In this document: one piece after another, positions 11,580-21,783 of the stretch
Layout of the letters: each line of letters opens with the position of its first letter
Numbering within the stretch: position 1 is the stretch's first letter
NCBI GenBank assembly: GCA_013416795.1
Contig: RQSC01001375.1
Span: forward strand, 1-45,718
DNA from: Prasinococcaceae sp. CCMP 1430
Taxonomy: Eukaryota; Plantae; Prasinodermophyta
Length of the DNA: 45,718 nucleotides
Direction: 5' to 3'
Program-made: the position numbers and the translations under genes
The notes under the pieces: model-generated
What the model was told of the DNA's origin: nothing
The model's input: the letters and a program-made list of their open reading frames with translations, nothing else
The model's database searches: none

Positions 11580-12290
11580 CATCCGATTTCGAATTTTCCC
11601 CCGTTTTTTTTTTGAGTTTGGATTTCGCGGATACCCACGACGAAAGCGCCACGCCGCGCGGCCGCGGAGCATTGAATCGCCCCTCTTTTCGCGGCGGCAA
11701 CGCGCGCCGAACCCGCGACGCGGAAAAACGGGCGGTGGTCTTCCTCTTCTTTCCTTTCACCCCCCAGAAAAAAAAATCTAAAAAAAAAACTGCCTTTTCG
11801 GAAGAACGAAAGGGAGAGAGAAGGACGGATCGAAAATCAAAAGTGCCTTCGAAGAATGTGACCGTTGCGGCGGCAGCGTCGGTGCGCCGCGCGCCCAGTC
11901 GTTGCCCCGCATTGGCGGCGGCGTGGCCGGCGCCGACGAGGCGCGGGCGGGCGGCCTCGAACGCGGCTTTTGATCCCAGAACGGCGACGCGGCGTGCGCG
12001 TGCGCGCGTGGGTGTGGGGGGCTGCTTTTTTGAGCTCTCTCGGTCGGCCGTGCGACCGTTCGAATGCTCACCCGTCCCTCTTTCTCGGTGAAGAAAGGCT
12101 CCCGTGGGTACGTTATACGTTTCGATGAATCGTACTGTGCGTTGCGTGGCACTGTGGCGCGCGCGTTGCGTTGGCGTCGCGCGCGCCACAGCGCGCGCGG
12201 CGCAGCGCGCAGCGTTGCGTGCGTGCGCCGCCCGATTATTTTTACAAAATGATTTTAGTCCCATTAAAAAAGTAAATTATACAATTTGTG
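11580..12290. promoter_or_regulatory. Bidirectional promoter between the TOG gene and kinesin-7, with poly(dA:dT) tracts and MSA-like AACGG cores
   Basis: AT-rich island with T and A homopolymer runs of about 9-10 nt. GACCGTT occurs at 11860 and 12054, AACGG at 11727 and 11980. Confidence 0.55.
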
Positions 12291-12320
12291 GGGAGAGCCC
12301 GCGCGGCCCGCTCGCGGCCG

Positions 12321-15300
12321 ATGGCGGCGGCGGCGGGGACGCGCGCCGATGGCGGCGCGGCGGAGACGGCCGTCTCGGTCGGCGTGCGAATGCGCCCGCT
12401 GTCCGACAAGGAGAAGGCCGCCGCGGGAGGAGGCGGCGGTGCGTGGCAAGTAGACGCTGCGTCGAGCGCGATTGCGCCCGTCGGCGCGGCGGTGGGCGAC
12501 GACAGTGGGCGCTTCGTCTTCGACCGCGTCTTCGGCACCGAGACCGGCACGCGCGAGCTCTACGAGGAGCACGCAGCACCGGTCGTGGCCGCCGCCGTGA
12601 GCGGTTATAACGGCTGCATATTCGCCTACGGCCAGACAGCCTCGGGTAAGACCCACACCATGCGCGGCAGCGAAGCCGACCCGGGCGTCGCCCCGCGCTC
12701 GGTCGCCCAGGTGTTCGAGGCGGCCGCGGCCGACGCGTCACGCGAGTACCTCTTCCGAGTGAGCTACCTCGAGCTGTACAACGAGGTCATCCACGACCTG
12801 CTGCAGCCCCAGAGTAAGAGCAAGCTCGCCGTGCGTGAGACCAGCGAGCGCGGCGTCTTCATCGAGGGACTCGCGGAGGAGATCGTGACGGAGGCCGATC
12901 AGGTCATGCGCCTGATGGACGTCGGCGACAGGAACCGCAAAGTGGGGGAGACCAACATGAACGCCCGCTCGAGCCGTTCGCACTCCATCTTCCGGGTGGT
13001 GATCGAATCCAAGGATTCGAGCGGCGAAGAGGGCACGGACGTGGTGCGTGTCTCCACGCTCTACCTTGTCGATCTCGCGGGCTCGGAGCGCCTTTCCAAG
13101 ACGGGCGCCGAGGGCATCCGCGCGAAGGAGGGAGCCTCTATCAATCGCTCGCTGCTCACCCTCGGCGTGGTCATCAATCGCCTCACTGAGGCCAACGCCC
13201 AAGGCCACGTCCCGTACCGCGATTCGCAGCTCACGCGCATCCTACAGCCCAGCCTTGGCGGCAACTCGCGCACGGCGGTCATTTGCAACGTCACGCCCGC
13301 AGCAGAGCACGCCGACGAGACGCACTCGACGCTGCGTTTCGCTGCGCGCGTCAAGCGCGTGAAAAACCACGCTGTCGTCAACGAGACCGCCAGTGCGGAC
13401 GCCGCATTGCTCAAGCGTCAGGCAAACGAGATCGAGAGGCTGCGCGCGGAGCTTGCTGCGGCGGGCAAAGGTGGAAGTGGATCCGCTTCCTCCGCGGACA
13501 TCGAGGCCGATGTCACTGACCTGCGCCGCAATCTGCTCTCGCAGGAGGCATCGAACATGCACATGTCGCTGCTGCTCGAAGCTGAGAAGGAGGCGAAGGC
13601 TGAGAAGGAGCGCACCATCTCAGAGCAGCAACGCAAGATCGAGAACCTGACAAATCTCATGCTCAGGCCCATCGCCAACCCCGCTGCCGAGAGCGAGGAT
13701 ACGCTTTCGGGCAGCCGCTTCAAAAAGCGCTCTAGCAGACGCGCGACGTGCGCGTTTGTGCCTGGAGCGGGCGGTGCTCCCGCGTTGGGCAGGCCGCTGG
13801 TCACGCTATCGGAGCTCTCGGAGACTCCCAGCGAAGGAAGCAGCGAGCGTGCGGCGTCTCCGCTGTCGTCGCAGGAGGCGCAAGTGCCCGGCGAAGACGC
13901 TGCGGTGACCAGTGCGCGTGCCGCGAGTCCGCCGCTGGACGAGATCTCAAGCGCGCGCCTCGCATTCCTCGAGAACGAGCGCAAGTCGCTCAAGGCCGAG
14001 CTCGAGGAGAGCCGCGCAGCGCTGGAGCGCGAGAGAGAGGCCCTCGAGGCGTCCGAAGCAGAGTGCTCTGGCCTGCAGGCGAGCGTGGCAGAGGCTGAGG
14101 CACGCCTTCAAGAGTGGAAGACGGCCGATGACGAGCTGGATGACGACTGCACCGTGCGAATCGAGCTCCGCACCAGCCTTGAGGCGCAAGAGGCCGAGCT
14201 CAAGCGACTTCGTCCGCTTGAAGCTGAGGTAGAGACGTTGCGCACTGAACTTTCTGAGGGCAACGAGGAGCTTGCGACGCTCAAGGCGCGTCTCGAGGCA
14301 GAAAGTGCGCGCGCCGACGAGGCCGCAGAAGCCGCCGCGCTTGCGGCCAACGCCGCGGAGGAAATTGATGCTTCAGCCAAAGCCGACCTCGATGCTTCAG
14401 CAGCCGAGGTAGCGCGCCTTTCAGCGGTATGTGATGAGACAAAGGTCGCTCTCAAAGCCAGCTCTGACGCGTCGGCTTCGCTCGAGGAGCAGGTCAACAC
14501 GTTGGAGGACAAACTCGCGCGTGCGAACGCGGACGCCGTGGAGGCGACCGCGCGTGCCGAGAGTGCAGAGGCTTCTCTGAAGAGCTTCCAGGAGGCGACG
14601 GAGCTGGAGGGCGACGCCGCGGGCAACGCGCTGCGGCAAGCACTGCGTCAGGTGGACACTGAGCGCGAGCGCGCCGACGCCGCCGAGGGCGAGCTCGAGG
14701 GGCTTCACGACGAGCTGGTGGAGCTGCGCGAGGCGGCGTGCGCGAGGCGCTCCGATGGCGCCAACGTGATCGCCGAGCTCAGTGCATCTGGCGAGCTTGC
14801 ACGGATCGAGGCTGCCAAGGCGCGCGAGAGCGTTGCCATGCTCGAGGAAAAGCTCGATGCCGCAATGCAGGGGCGTGCCGAGGAGAGGCAGGCACGTCTG
14901 CGCGCCGAAGAGAAGCTCGAGGAGATGGAGCAGCTGCGCGAGGACGTGGCAGCGCTCGAGGCCGAGAAATCTGCAGCTGAGTCGGAGCGCGACACTGAAG
15001 CTGACAAGGCCAATTCGGCGGCGCGTGACGCCGAGACTTCACGCGAGGCGCTGGAGAACGCCCGCGCTGAGCTCGCAGAACTTGAAGCGGAGGTCACCAC
15101 GCTGCGGGGCGCCGTGGATGACCATGGCACACCCGAAGATCTGGCGGCCTCGCTTGCAGAGGCGCGCGCGGAGGCCACCGAAGCCTCCGCAGCCGTGGCC
15201 GAGCTCCCTGTGGTGCGGGAATCGCTCGAAGCCACTCAGTCGTCGCTGGATGAGGCCAAAGCGCAACTGTCAGAAGCTACCGCATCGAAAGAGACGCTCG

Positions 15301-17270
15301 AGGCAGCGATTGCGGACAAGACAGCCGACCTTGCCAAGGCACGGGACAAGCTCGAAGGTCTCGACCGCGCGTACAGGTCCAAGAGCGAGGAGCTCGAGCT
15401 CGCACAGAAGCTCCTTGAGGAAGCGTCACAGTTTGCCGAGAAGAAGGCGGAGGAGATACACTCGCTGCATGAGGAGATCATTTCGTCCAAGCGAAAGGCA
15501 TCGATGGAGCGCGCGGAGGCGCGCAAGCGCATGTCTATGGCTGAGCGCAATGAGTTTGCGGCGATGGAGCTGCAGGCTGCCAAGGAGTGCGCTGAGGCCA
15601 AGATTGAGGGACTCGAAGCCCAGCTCGCAGAGGCTGCCAAGCTCAGTGTGGAGGCGAGCGAGCGAGTGGAGGCCGCCGAGAGGCGCGTGGAGGAGCTCGA
15701 GGGCTCCGGCGCGGTCAAGGAGCTCAAGGCTGAGATAGCCGCGCTGCACAAGGCACAGAACACCGCCGGCGGGCCCGTGGTGTCGCTGCGCAAGGAGAAC
15801 AATCGCCTCAAGAGGGAACTGGAAAAGGCCACGCGTGCACGCGACGAGCACCTGGACAAGGTCCGTGATATGATGAAGGACAAGACTAAGGTTGTGTCGG
15901 ACAAGGCCGCCGCCGAAAAGGCGCTGAAGCGCCTCGAAGCACAAATGGCGGCCAAGGAGAAGGCCGACAAGCGCGGGGGCATGGGTGCGCTCAAGGAGCG
16001 CGCGGAGAGGGCAGAAGCGGACGCAAAGAGGCACGCCAAGTCCGAAGCCGCCGCCAAGCAGGCCTTGGAGGTCGCCGAAGCACGCGCGCAGGCTGCCGCG
16101 CAGGCCACTGCCGATGTGGAGGCGCGCATGCAAGAGGCGGAGGTCATGAAGGCGGACCTCGCCAAGGCGCTTGCCGACGAGCGTGAGCGCCGGCAACGCG
16201 TCACCGCTGAGGCGCAGGCCGACGCTGAGGGAGCCTGCGCGCAGCGCGATGAAGCCAAGGCGCTCGCCGATAAGGCCGTGGCCGACGCGGAAGACGCCAA
16301 GGTCAAGGCTGCCGACATGGAGGCCAAGCACGCCGCCATCGAGCTGCAGCTGGAGGCCATGCAAGCGCGCGTGGAAGCGGCGGAGGCAGGCGCGACCGCA
16401 AAGGCCGAGGCGGCGCAGGCGGCAGCTGAAGCCTCGAGTGCCGAGCTGCGCCAGGCGGTTGAGCACGCCTCTGCCGAGGCGGAGAGTGCGCGCGCGCGCG
16501 CGGCCGCCGAGGCAGAAAGCGCGCAGGCGTCGCTTGAAGAGGCTCGGGCGGAGCTCGAGCGGGTGACGCAGCGCGCCGACAGGGCCGAGTGCGCCCTCGA
16601 GCGGAAGGAGGCCGAGGCCGAGGCGGCGCTGGCGCATTCCGGGGAGGCCGTAGCCAAGGCTGAGGCAGAGGCCACAGAGCTCAGGCAGCGCATCGAGTCC
16701 GCTGAGCGCGCGTCAGACAGCATGTCTGCGACGCTCACGGAGGTGAGGGCAGCGCTGGCCGAGGCCGAAACCAAGGCTGCCCAAAGCAACGAGCGCGCCG
16801 CGGACGAGGCCGCGCGTGCCACGGTACTCGCTTCCGAGCTCGAGGCCACGAGCGCGCGCGTCGAAAGCAGCACCAAGCTTGCTGAGAGCGAGGGCGCACG
16901 CGCTGCGGCAGCTGAGGCCGAGATGGTCGCGATGCGTGAGGCGGCCCACGCGGAGGCCTCCGCTTCGGTGCAGGCTGCGCTCACAGCTGCCGAGCAGGAG
17001 GCCGAGCAGGAGCGCACTCGCAGCCGCGTCGTTGAGCTCGAGGAAGCCAACCGGACGTTGCTGGCGAAGCTCACCAAGGCAGACGCAACCGTCGCGAAGG
17101 TAGGCGCACTCAAGCAGCAGTACATTCTCCTCAAGTCGAAGCTCGCGGCATACGAATCTGGCAAGGAGCAGGATGCGGTGCCAAAAGCGAGTAAGGCGCG
17201 CGCCAGCATGCCCGCCTCGACAGCAGCGCGCGGTGTGCTCCAGGCGTCAACGAGCGAGAACGCTCAATAA
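12321..17270 (+). CDS. CENPE: Kinesin-7 / CENP-E-like motor, 1649 aa
   Basis: N-terminal motor domain with FAYGQTASGKTHTM, NARSSRSHSIF, LVDLAGSER and HVPYRDSQLTRILQPSLGGNSRT, then an RRAT motif and about 1100 aa of coiled coil. Confidence 0.88.
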   Translation: MAAAAGTRADGGAAETAVSVGVRMRPLSDKEKAAAGGGGGAWQVDAASSAIAPVGAAVGDDSGRFVFDRVFGTETGTRELYEEHAAPVVAAAVSGYNGCIFAYGQTASGKTHTMRGSEADPGVAPRSVAQVFEAAAADASREYLFRVSYLELYNEVIHDLLQPQSKSKLAVRETSERGVFIEGLAEEIVTEADQVMRLMDVGDRNRKVGETNMNARSSRSHSIFRVVIESKDSSGEEGTDVVRVSTLYLVDLAGSERLSKTGAEGIRAKEGASINRSLLTLGVVINRLTEANAQGHVPYRDSQLTRILQPSLGGNSRTAVICNVTPAAEHADETHSTLRFAARVKRVKNHAVVNETASADAALLKRQANEIERLRAELAAAGKGGSGSASSADIEADVTDLRRNLLSQEASNMHMSLLLEAEKEAKAEKERTISEQQRKIENLTNLMLRPIANPAAESEDTLSGSRFKKRSSRRATCAFVPGAGGAPALGRPLVTLSELSETPSEGSSERAASPLSSQEAQVPGEDAAVTSARAASPPLDEISSARLAFLENERKSLKAELEESRAALEREREALEASEAECSGLQASVAEAEARLQEWKTADDELDDDCTVRIELRTSLEAQEAELKRLRPLEAEVETLRTELSEGNEELATLKARLEAESARADEAAEAAALAANAAEEIDASAKADLDASAAEVARLSAVCDETKVALKASSDASASLEEQVNTLEDKLARANADAVEATARAESAEASLKSFQEATELEGDAAGNALRQALRQVDTERERADAAEGELEGLHDELVELREAACARRSDGANVIAELSASGELARIEAAKARESVAMLEEKLDAAMQGRAEERQARLRAEEKLEEMEQLREDVAALEAEKSAAESERDTEADKANSAARDAETSREALENARAELAELEAEVTTLRGAVDDHGTPEDLAASLAEARAEATEASAAVAELPVVRESLEATQSSLDEAKAQLSEATASKETLEAAIADKTADLAKARDKLEGLDRAYRSKSEELELAQKLLEEASQFAEKKAEEIHSLHEEIISSKRKASMERAEARKRMSMAERNEFAAMELQAAKECAEAKIEGLEAQLAEAAKLSVEASERVEAAERRVEELEGSGAVKELKAEIAALHKAQNTAGGPVVSLRKENNRLKRELEKATRARDEHLDKVRDMMKDKTKVVSDKAAAEKALKRLEAQMAAKEKADKRGGMGALKERAERAEADAKRHAKSEAAAKQALEVAEARAQAAAQATADVEARMQEAEVMKADLAKALADERERRQRVTAEAQADAEGACAQRDEAKALADKAVADAEDAKVKAADMEAKHAAIELQLEAMQARVEAAEAGATAKAEAAQAAAEASSAELRQAVEHASAEAESARARAAAEAESAQASLEEARAELERVTQRADRAECALERKEAEAEAALAHSGEAVAKAEAEATELRQRIESAERASDSMSATLTEVRAALAEAETKAAQSNERAADEAARATVLASELEATSARVESSTKLAESEGARAAAAEAEMVAMREAAHAEASASVQAALTAAEQEAEQERTRSRVVELEEANRTLLAKLTKADATVAKVGALKQQYILLKSKLAAYESGKEQDAVPKASKARASMPASTAARGVLQASTSENAQ

Positions 17271-17397
17271 AGAAGAATCATGTACAGTGCCCACAAACAA
17301 TGACGTGATTGGACGACTACGCAGGTGCTGGGTAGGCCCTCTAGCTAGCCGTACAAGCGAGCAGGGCACGAGCAGAGCAGCGCGGCAGTCTCGGGGT

Positions 17398-18678
17398 TCA
17401 ATGCCCTCTACGCGGCACGTACTTGCACACGACGTCGTAAAGCCTACCTCCGAGGCTCTCCGCAACTTCTGGGTGCTTCACCATGCCCAGATTGAGCCTG
17501 TCGCACGTTAGCTCCGCATTCAGGTTGGTCTCGATGCCGCGCCCCATGCCCTCGAGCACGACCAGGTCCGCGTCGGCCGCCGCTTCAGCCAGCTCTCGGG
17601 AAATCTTGCTCAGATCGATGACGGGATCGTCCGATCCGGAGTCTACCACCGATAGCATGCCACATTCGAGCAGACGGTGCACTTGCTCATCGTGCACGCG
17701 CGGCAGCGCGAGCTTGAGCTCCGCGGCGGTCATGTCGTTCAGCGAGGGTGTGTGATTGGAAGCGATCACCACCTTGGTGCCGCGACGGGCGAGTGCTCGG
17801 CAAAGCGGGAGCCTGCAGCGGGCAGGGGAATTTCCGGTCAGCGCGCGTACGCCGCACGGAAGAGCAGCCGCGTCCGAATCGTCAAGCTGAAACAGGCGCA
17901 CTAGCAGGCGCGCCAGATCCGCTGGTGCCACGTACATTCCGAGCCACATGTCCGCACCGGCATTGTCTACGAAGACGATCGCCTTCTTCCAGGGCGTAGC
18001 ACTCGAAGTCCACTTTGCCTTGAACTCATCCAGGCAGTCCACGCACCACGGACGCGGCAGTAGCTTGTCACGCGCGGAGGCGAAGCTCATGTTGCCTGCC
18101 TCGTACATATCCACCGTCGCCTTGGCGCCCAGGTCGAAGATGTTCCCCGCGAAGCACCCGCGGAGGAGCGCCTCGCAATGCGCGGCCTCATCGCCCGCGG
18201 CGGCCAATGCGTCAAGCTCCTCAAGAATCCCTGGCAGCAGTACGAGCGCGCGAGCGTCCTCCTCGGCCTTGACGCTCGCGAACGCGTCAGGGAAGCCAGC
18301 CTCACGCAGGCAGCGATCGCGGATCGCGCAGAGCGACAGGCAGTCGCTCTCACCGCTCGACTCGATGCGCTGGAGCTCGCGCTCGAAGCGCGCGCCAAAA
18401 GACTTGGCACGCGTCGCCGCGGGCTTGAGCTCGCCGGTGGTCTCGCAAGCGATCTCACCGGGCTCGAAGGCATCCGGCACGGCGCCCGAGCACTGCCGCG
18501 AGAGCGACGCGCGCTGCGTCATCGACGCGATCGACGCGCGGAAGACCGCCGTCCACGTGCCCAGCGGCAGCTTGCCCGCCGCATAATCGAACGTCGTCGG
18601 CACGTACGCAGCCGCCTCGCGCAGCAGCGGCAGCGGCACACGCCCACGCGCGTCGGCGCTCGCGTCCGCCGCGCACAT
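17398..18678 (-). CDS. DUF89 damage-control phosphatase (At2g17340/PANK4 C-terminal domain type), 385 aa; exons 18678-17936 and 17812-17398
   Basis: Motifs FAGNIFDLGA, FVDNAGADMWLGM/LP and LVVLEGMGRGIETN. The 123-nt intron has a GTACGT donor, a CTGAC branch point and a TGCAG acceptor. Confidence 0.9.
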   Translation of the reverse strand: MCAADASADARGRVPLPLLREAAAYVPTTFDYAAGKLPLGTWTAVFRASIASMTQRASLSRQCSGAVPDAFEPGEIACETTGELKPAATRAKSFGARFERELQRIESSGESDCLSLCAIRDRCLREAGFPDAFASVKAEEDARALVLLPGILEELDALAAAGDEAAHCEALLRGCFAGNIFDLGAKATVDMYEAGNMSFASARDKLLPRPWCVDCLDEFKAKWTSSATPWKKAIVFVDNAGADMWLGMYVAPADLARLLVRLFQLDDSDAAALPCGVRALTGNSPARCRLPLCRALARRGTKVVIASNHTPSLNDMTAAELKLALPRVHDEQVHRLLECGMLSVVDSGSDDPVIDLSKISRELAEAAADADLVVLEGMGRGIETNLNAELTCDRLNLGMVKHPEVAESLGGRLYDVVCKYVPRRGH

Positions 18679-19179
18679 CCCGAGCGCACTCGCGCACCTC
18701 CCACCCACCCACCCCCTTCGCCAGGCGTCAGCGCGCCTGCGGCCGCCAGTGCGCGCGCAGTGTGGCGCACCTCGGCCCCAAGCCCCCTCCCCCACCCAAA
18801 ACCCTACTACGTAATTCGCGTTTCTGACCCTATATCTCGCTCACGAGCTCCCAGCCTAACCACCACACACCAAGCTTTCATTTTCATGGGCTGCGACCCG
18901 TTTCGGTTCAGCTCGTGAGCTTTCCTGTGGCTTCATTTGTTATATTTTTACATTTTTCATATACACTTGCAAGACGTTGAAGATTCAAGAGCGCGGCGAG
19001 CTGCTGTTGCGCGGGGGCACCACAGGGCGTGCGCGGCGCAGCGGCGGGGGTAGGTAGGTAGGAGGTAGGTGGGGGGCGCGGCGGCGGTGGAGGCTGCGGC
19101 GGTGCCGATGGCGGCCGCGATCGTGCGGGCGTAGCGCGCCCTCCTTGTAACTGTCTGCCTTCTCGACGGTGAGCTTCAG

Positions 19180-20061
19180 ATGGCGCGGTTCGCGCGCGAG
19201 GACCCGCCGCCGCGGCCCGTCCGGCCGGCGCGCATCGTCCTCATCCGCCACGGCGAGTCACTGGGGAACGTCGACGAGTCGGTGTACCAGACGACGCCCG
19301 ACAACCGCGTGCCGCTCACCGCGCGCGGCCGCGAGCAGGCCCGCGCCGCCGGCGAGAAGCTGCGTGAGATCGCCGGCGAGGACGGCCTGTACTACTTCTA
19401 CGTCTCGCCGTACACGCGCACTGAGGAGACCATGTTCGAGGTGTGCAAGGCGCTCGACGTGAGCCGCATCACTGGCGTGCGGGAAGAGCCGCGCATTCGT
19501 GAGCAGGATTTTGGCAACCTGCAGTCGGACGGCTCCGATGGCGGAGCGCCCATGGGGCTGCTCAAGCGGCAGCGATTGGCATTCGGTCGCTTCTTTTTCC
19601 GCTTCCCAGACGGCGAGAGCGCCGCCGATGTGTACGACCGCGTGACTGGCTTCCGGGACACGCTGCTCGCGGACATCAACATGGGCAGGTTCGCGCCCGG
19701 CACAGCCGGCGAGGACGGCGAGGGGAAAGGTGAGCACACTGTGGTTGTGGTAACGCACGGCATATCGCTGCGCGTCTTCCTCATGCGGTGGTACAAGATG
19801 TACGTCAATCAGTTTGAGATGCTGCCCAACCCGCGCAACTGTGAGCTCGTCGTGATGGAGCGCGGCGAGGGCGGGCGGTACAGCCTCATGCCCTTCCACG
19901 GCGAAGAAGAGCTGCGGCGGATGGGTTTTGACGATGCGATGATCGCCGAGCAGAGCTGGCACGCGCGCGGCGATGTGAAGGAGCTCAACCCGAAGGCCGC
20001 AGAGTCGGCCCGCGCGTGGCTCGACAACGTCGAGCGCAAGCTGGCCGCGCAGCGGGACTGA
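19180..20061 (+). CDS. Histidine phosphatase / phosphoglycerate-mutase-like protein (AT74/DET1 type), 293 aa
   Basis: Motifs LIRHGES, PRIREQDFGN, FFFRFPDGESAADVYDRV and VVTHG. Confidence 0.9.
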   Translation: MARFAREDPPPRPVRPARIVLIRHGESLGNVDESVYQTTPDNRVPLTARGREQARAAGEKLREIAGEDGLYYFYVSPYTRTEETMFEVCKALDVSRITGVREEPRIREQDFGNLQSDGSDGGAPMGLLKRQRLAFGRFFFRFPDGESAADVYDRVTGFRDTLLADINMGRFAPGTAGEDGEGKGEHTVVVVTHGISLRVFLMRWYKMYVNQFEMLPNPRNCELVVMERGEGGRYSLMPFHGEEELRRMGFDDAMIAEQSWHARGDVKELNPKAAESARAWLDNVERKLAAQRD

Positions 20062-20150
20062 ATGTGTGAGGCCGCCCTCGCGCCATGCACTAGCTAGACT
20101 ATTGGTGACCATTTGTCGCATCATGATAATATCACGCTCGACCTCGGCAT

Positions 20151-21173
20151 TTACACGCTTTCGGTGAGGCGGCGATACTTGAGCGCGCACGCCTGCTGGT
20201 CGACGTCGTACAGCCCGCGGTCGCACACGTACTCCAGTACGGCAGCGGGCACGGCGTAGCGCGCCGAGCGTCCATTGCCGAGCGCAGCGCGGACCTCCGT
20301 GGAGCTCACATCGGAGCGCGCCCAGTCGTTGACGACGAGCAGCGCCCCCGGCTTGGTCCCAAGGCCGCGCTCGCGCAGGGAGCGCGCTGCCGCGTTCGCG
20401 ACGCCCTCGTCGCCCCGCGTCACGCACACCACACCGTGGTCCTCGCCGAGGATCTCGTGCAGGTGCTCGGGGATCCATACGCCCGGCCGCCCGAACGAGC
20501 TGAGGAGGTCGGCGCCGCACACAAGCACGACTCGCACATCGTCGCCCGCGTTGCGCAGCCGCAGGGCCTCGCGCACGCGCCGCAGCACCGCCAGCGTGCG
20601 CACGTAGGCAGGCTGCTCTGCCTCCCACGCATCGACCATCAGCAGCGGCGAGTCCGCGGCCGCCGCGCGGCACATCGCCACGCGGTGTGCGGCAGGCGCG
20701 AGCGCCTCCTTCCTATAGCCGTCGTTCACCGGCGAAAGGTAAGCGCCGACGACCACAGCGGCGTCAGGGCCGCCCTCGACCGCGTCGCGCGCCGCCTCCA
20801 TCATGCGCAGGTGCGCGGCAGTCGGCGGATTGAACGAGCCGCACGCGAGCAGCACCACCTGCCGCGGAGGCCGGCGCCGCCGCGCCGCGGCCTCGCCGAA
20901 CGGCCATTGCCACGCCGACCCCTTGCCCCCGCCCGCGCCACCTCGTCGCTCGCAGCGCAGCTTGTCAGTTGGCAGCGGCGCCGCCGCCGCCGCTGCCTCC
21001 GCCTTCGTCAGGGCCCGACGCACCGGCGTAGCCGTGCCCGCATCCACGCCTGCCTCCGCCCGCACCGCGCTCGCCCCTGCGGCGGGCGCTTGCCCGTACG
21101 CGGCGGCCATAGCCACCACAGCAGCAGCGGCCACCGGCGCCGCCCTGGCCAGTGCCGGCGCGCGGGCGGCCAT
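20151..21173 (-). CDS. NMNAT: Nicotinamide/nicotinate mononucleotide adenylyltransferase, 340 aa, with an Ala-rich N-terminal extension
   Basis: Motifs GSFNPPTAAHLRM, YLSPVNDGYRK, LVCGADLLSSF and VSSTEVR. Confidence 0.93.
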   Translation of the reverse strand: MAARAPALARAAPVAAAAVVAMAAAYGQAPAAGASAVRAEAGVDAGTATPVRRALTKAEAAAAAAPLPTDKLRCERRGGAGGGKGSAWQWPFGEAAARRRRPPRQVVLLACGSFNPPTAAHLRMMEAARDAVEGGPDAAVVVGAYLSPVNDGYRKEALAPAAHRVAMCRAAAADSPLLMVDAWEAEQPAYVRTLAVLRRVREALRLRNAGDDVRVVLVCGADLLSSFGRPGVWIPEHLHEILGEDHGVVCVTRGDEGVANAAARSLRERGLGTKPGALLVVNDWARSDVSSTEVRAALGNGRSARYAVPAAVLEYVCDRGLYDVDQQACALKYRRLTESV

Positions 21174-21783
21174 GGCGGAGGCGATGCCGCTGCCTCGCAC
21201 GGCGAACGGCCCACGCGCGCGCGAGCACGCCGGCAGCGCGCGCTACGAGGCCCGCGTAGGGAGAGCACGCGCGTGAGTACGCAGGGGCACGAACGAACGG
21301 GCGGGCGTTCGCGCGCGCCTGCGCGTGCGCACGTGCGTGTGTGCGCGCGTGTGCCGCGCGGCGGCGCGCTCGGGGGGCGGGGGGAGGAGCAGCCCGCAGC
21401 GCCGCTGCAGGCCAGGGCGAAGCTGCCGGGTTGGCAGGAAAACGCAAAATAAACCCTACACATTAAACCTTAAACCCGCTACTGGTGTGTCAATGTTCAG
21501 CGACCAAACCCGGCGCGGCGGAGCTCATCGTTGGCGTTCCCCTGACGGCGGATCAAGGTTCCGTCGAGTACGCGCACAAGCATGTGTGCACACACACTGT
21601 ACCTCTGTACCTGGTGCCATCTGAGCTAGCCAGAGCACGATCCAGCGCGCGCGCGCGCGCCCACGCGCGCTGTCTGCATCCGCCGGCCACGGCGCCGCAG
21701 TTGTGGCTACTCACGACCCGGGGCTGCGTGTGTGTGCCAGCTAAATGAGCCTCTCTACTACAGCGCTACTAGGCATCTCAACA

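Noticed and set aside
17813-17935. 41-residue insertion in the DUF89 protein
   Set aside because: It is a stop-free 123-nt intron with a canonical donor, branch point and acceptor; removal restores the family motif.
18839-18920. tRNA, SRP RNA, RNase P/MRP or hammerhead ribozyme
   Set aside because: The required conserved motifs (T-loop geometry, CAGG/AGCAG, CR-V, CUGANGA) are not present.
21451-21477. Interstitial telomere or chromosome-fusion scar
   Set aside because: Only one to three degenerate units per site, always in upstream regions; better explained as telo-boxes.
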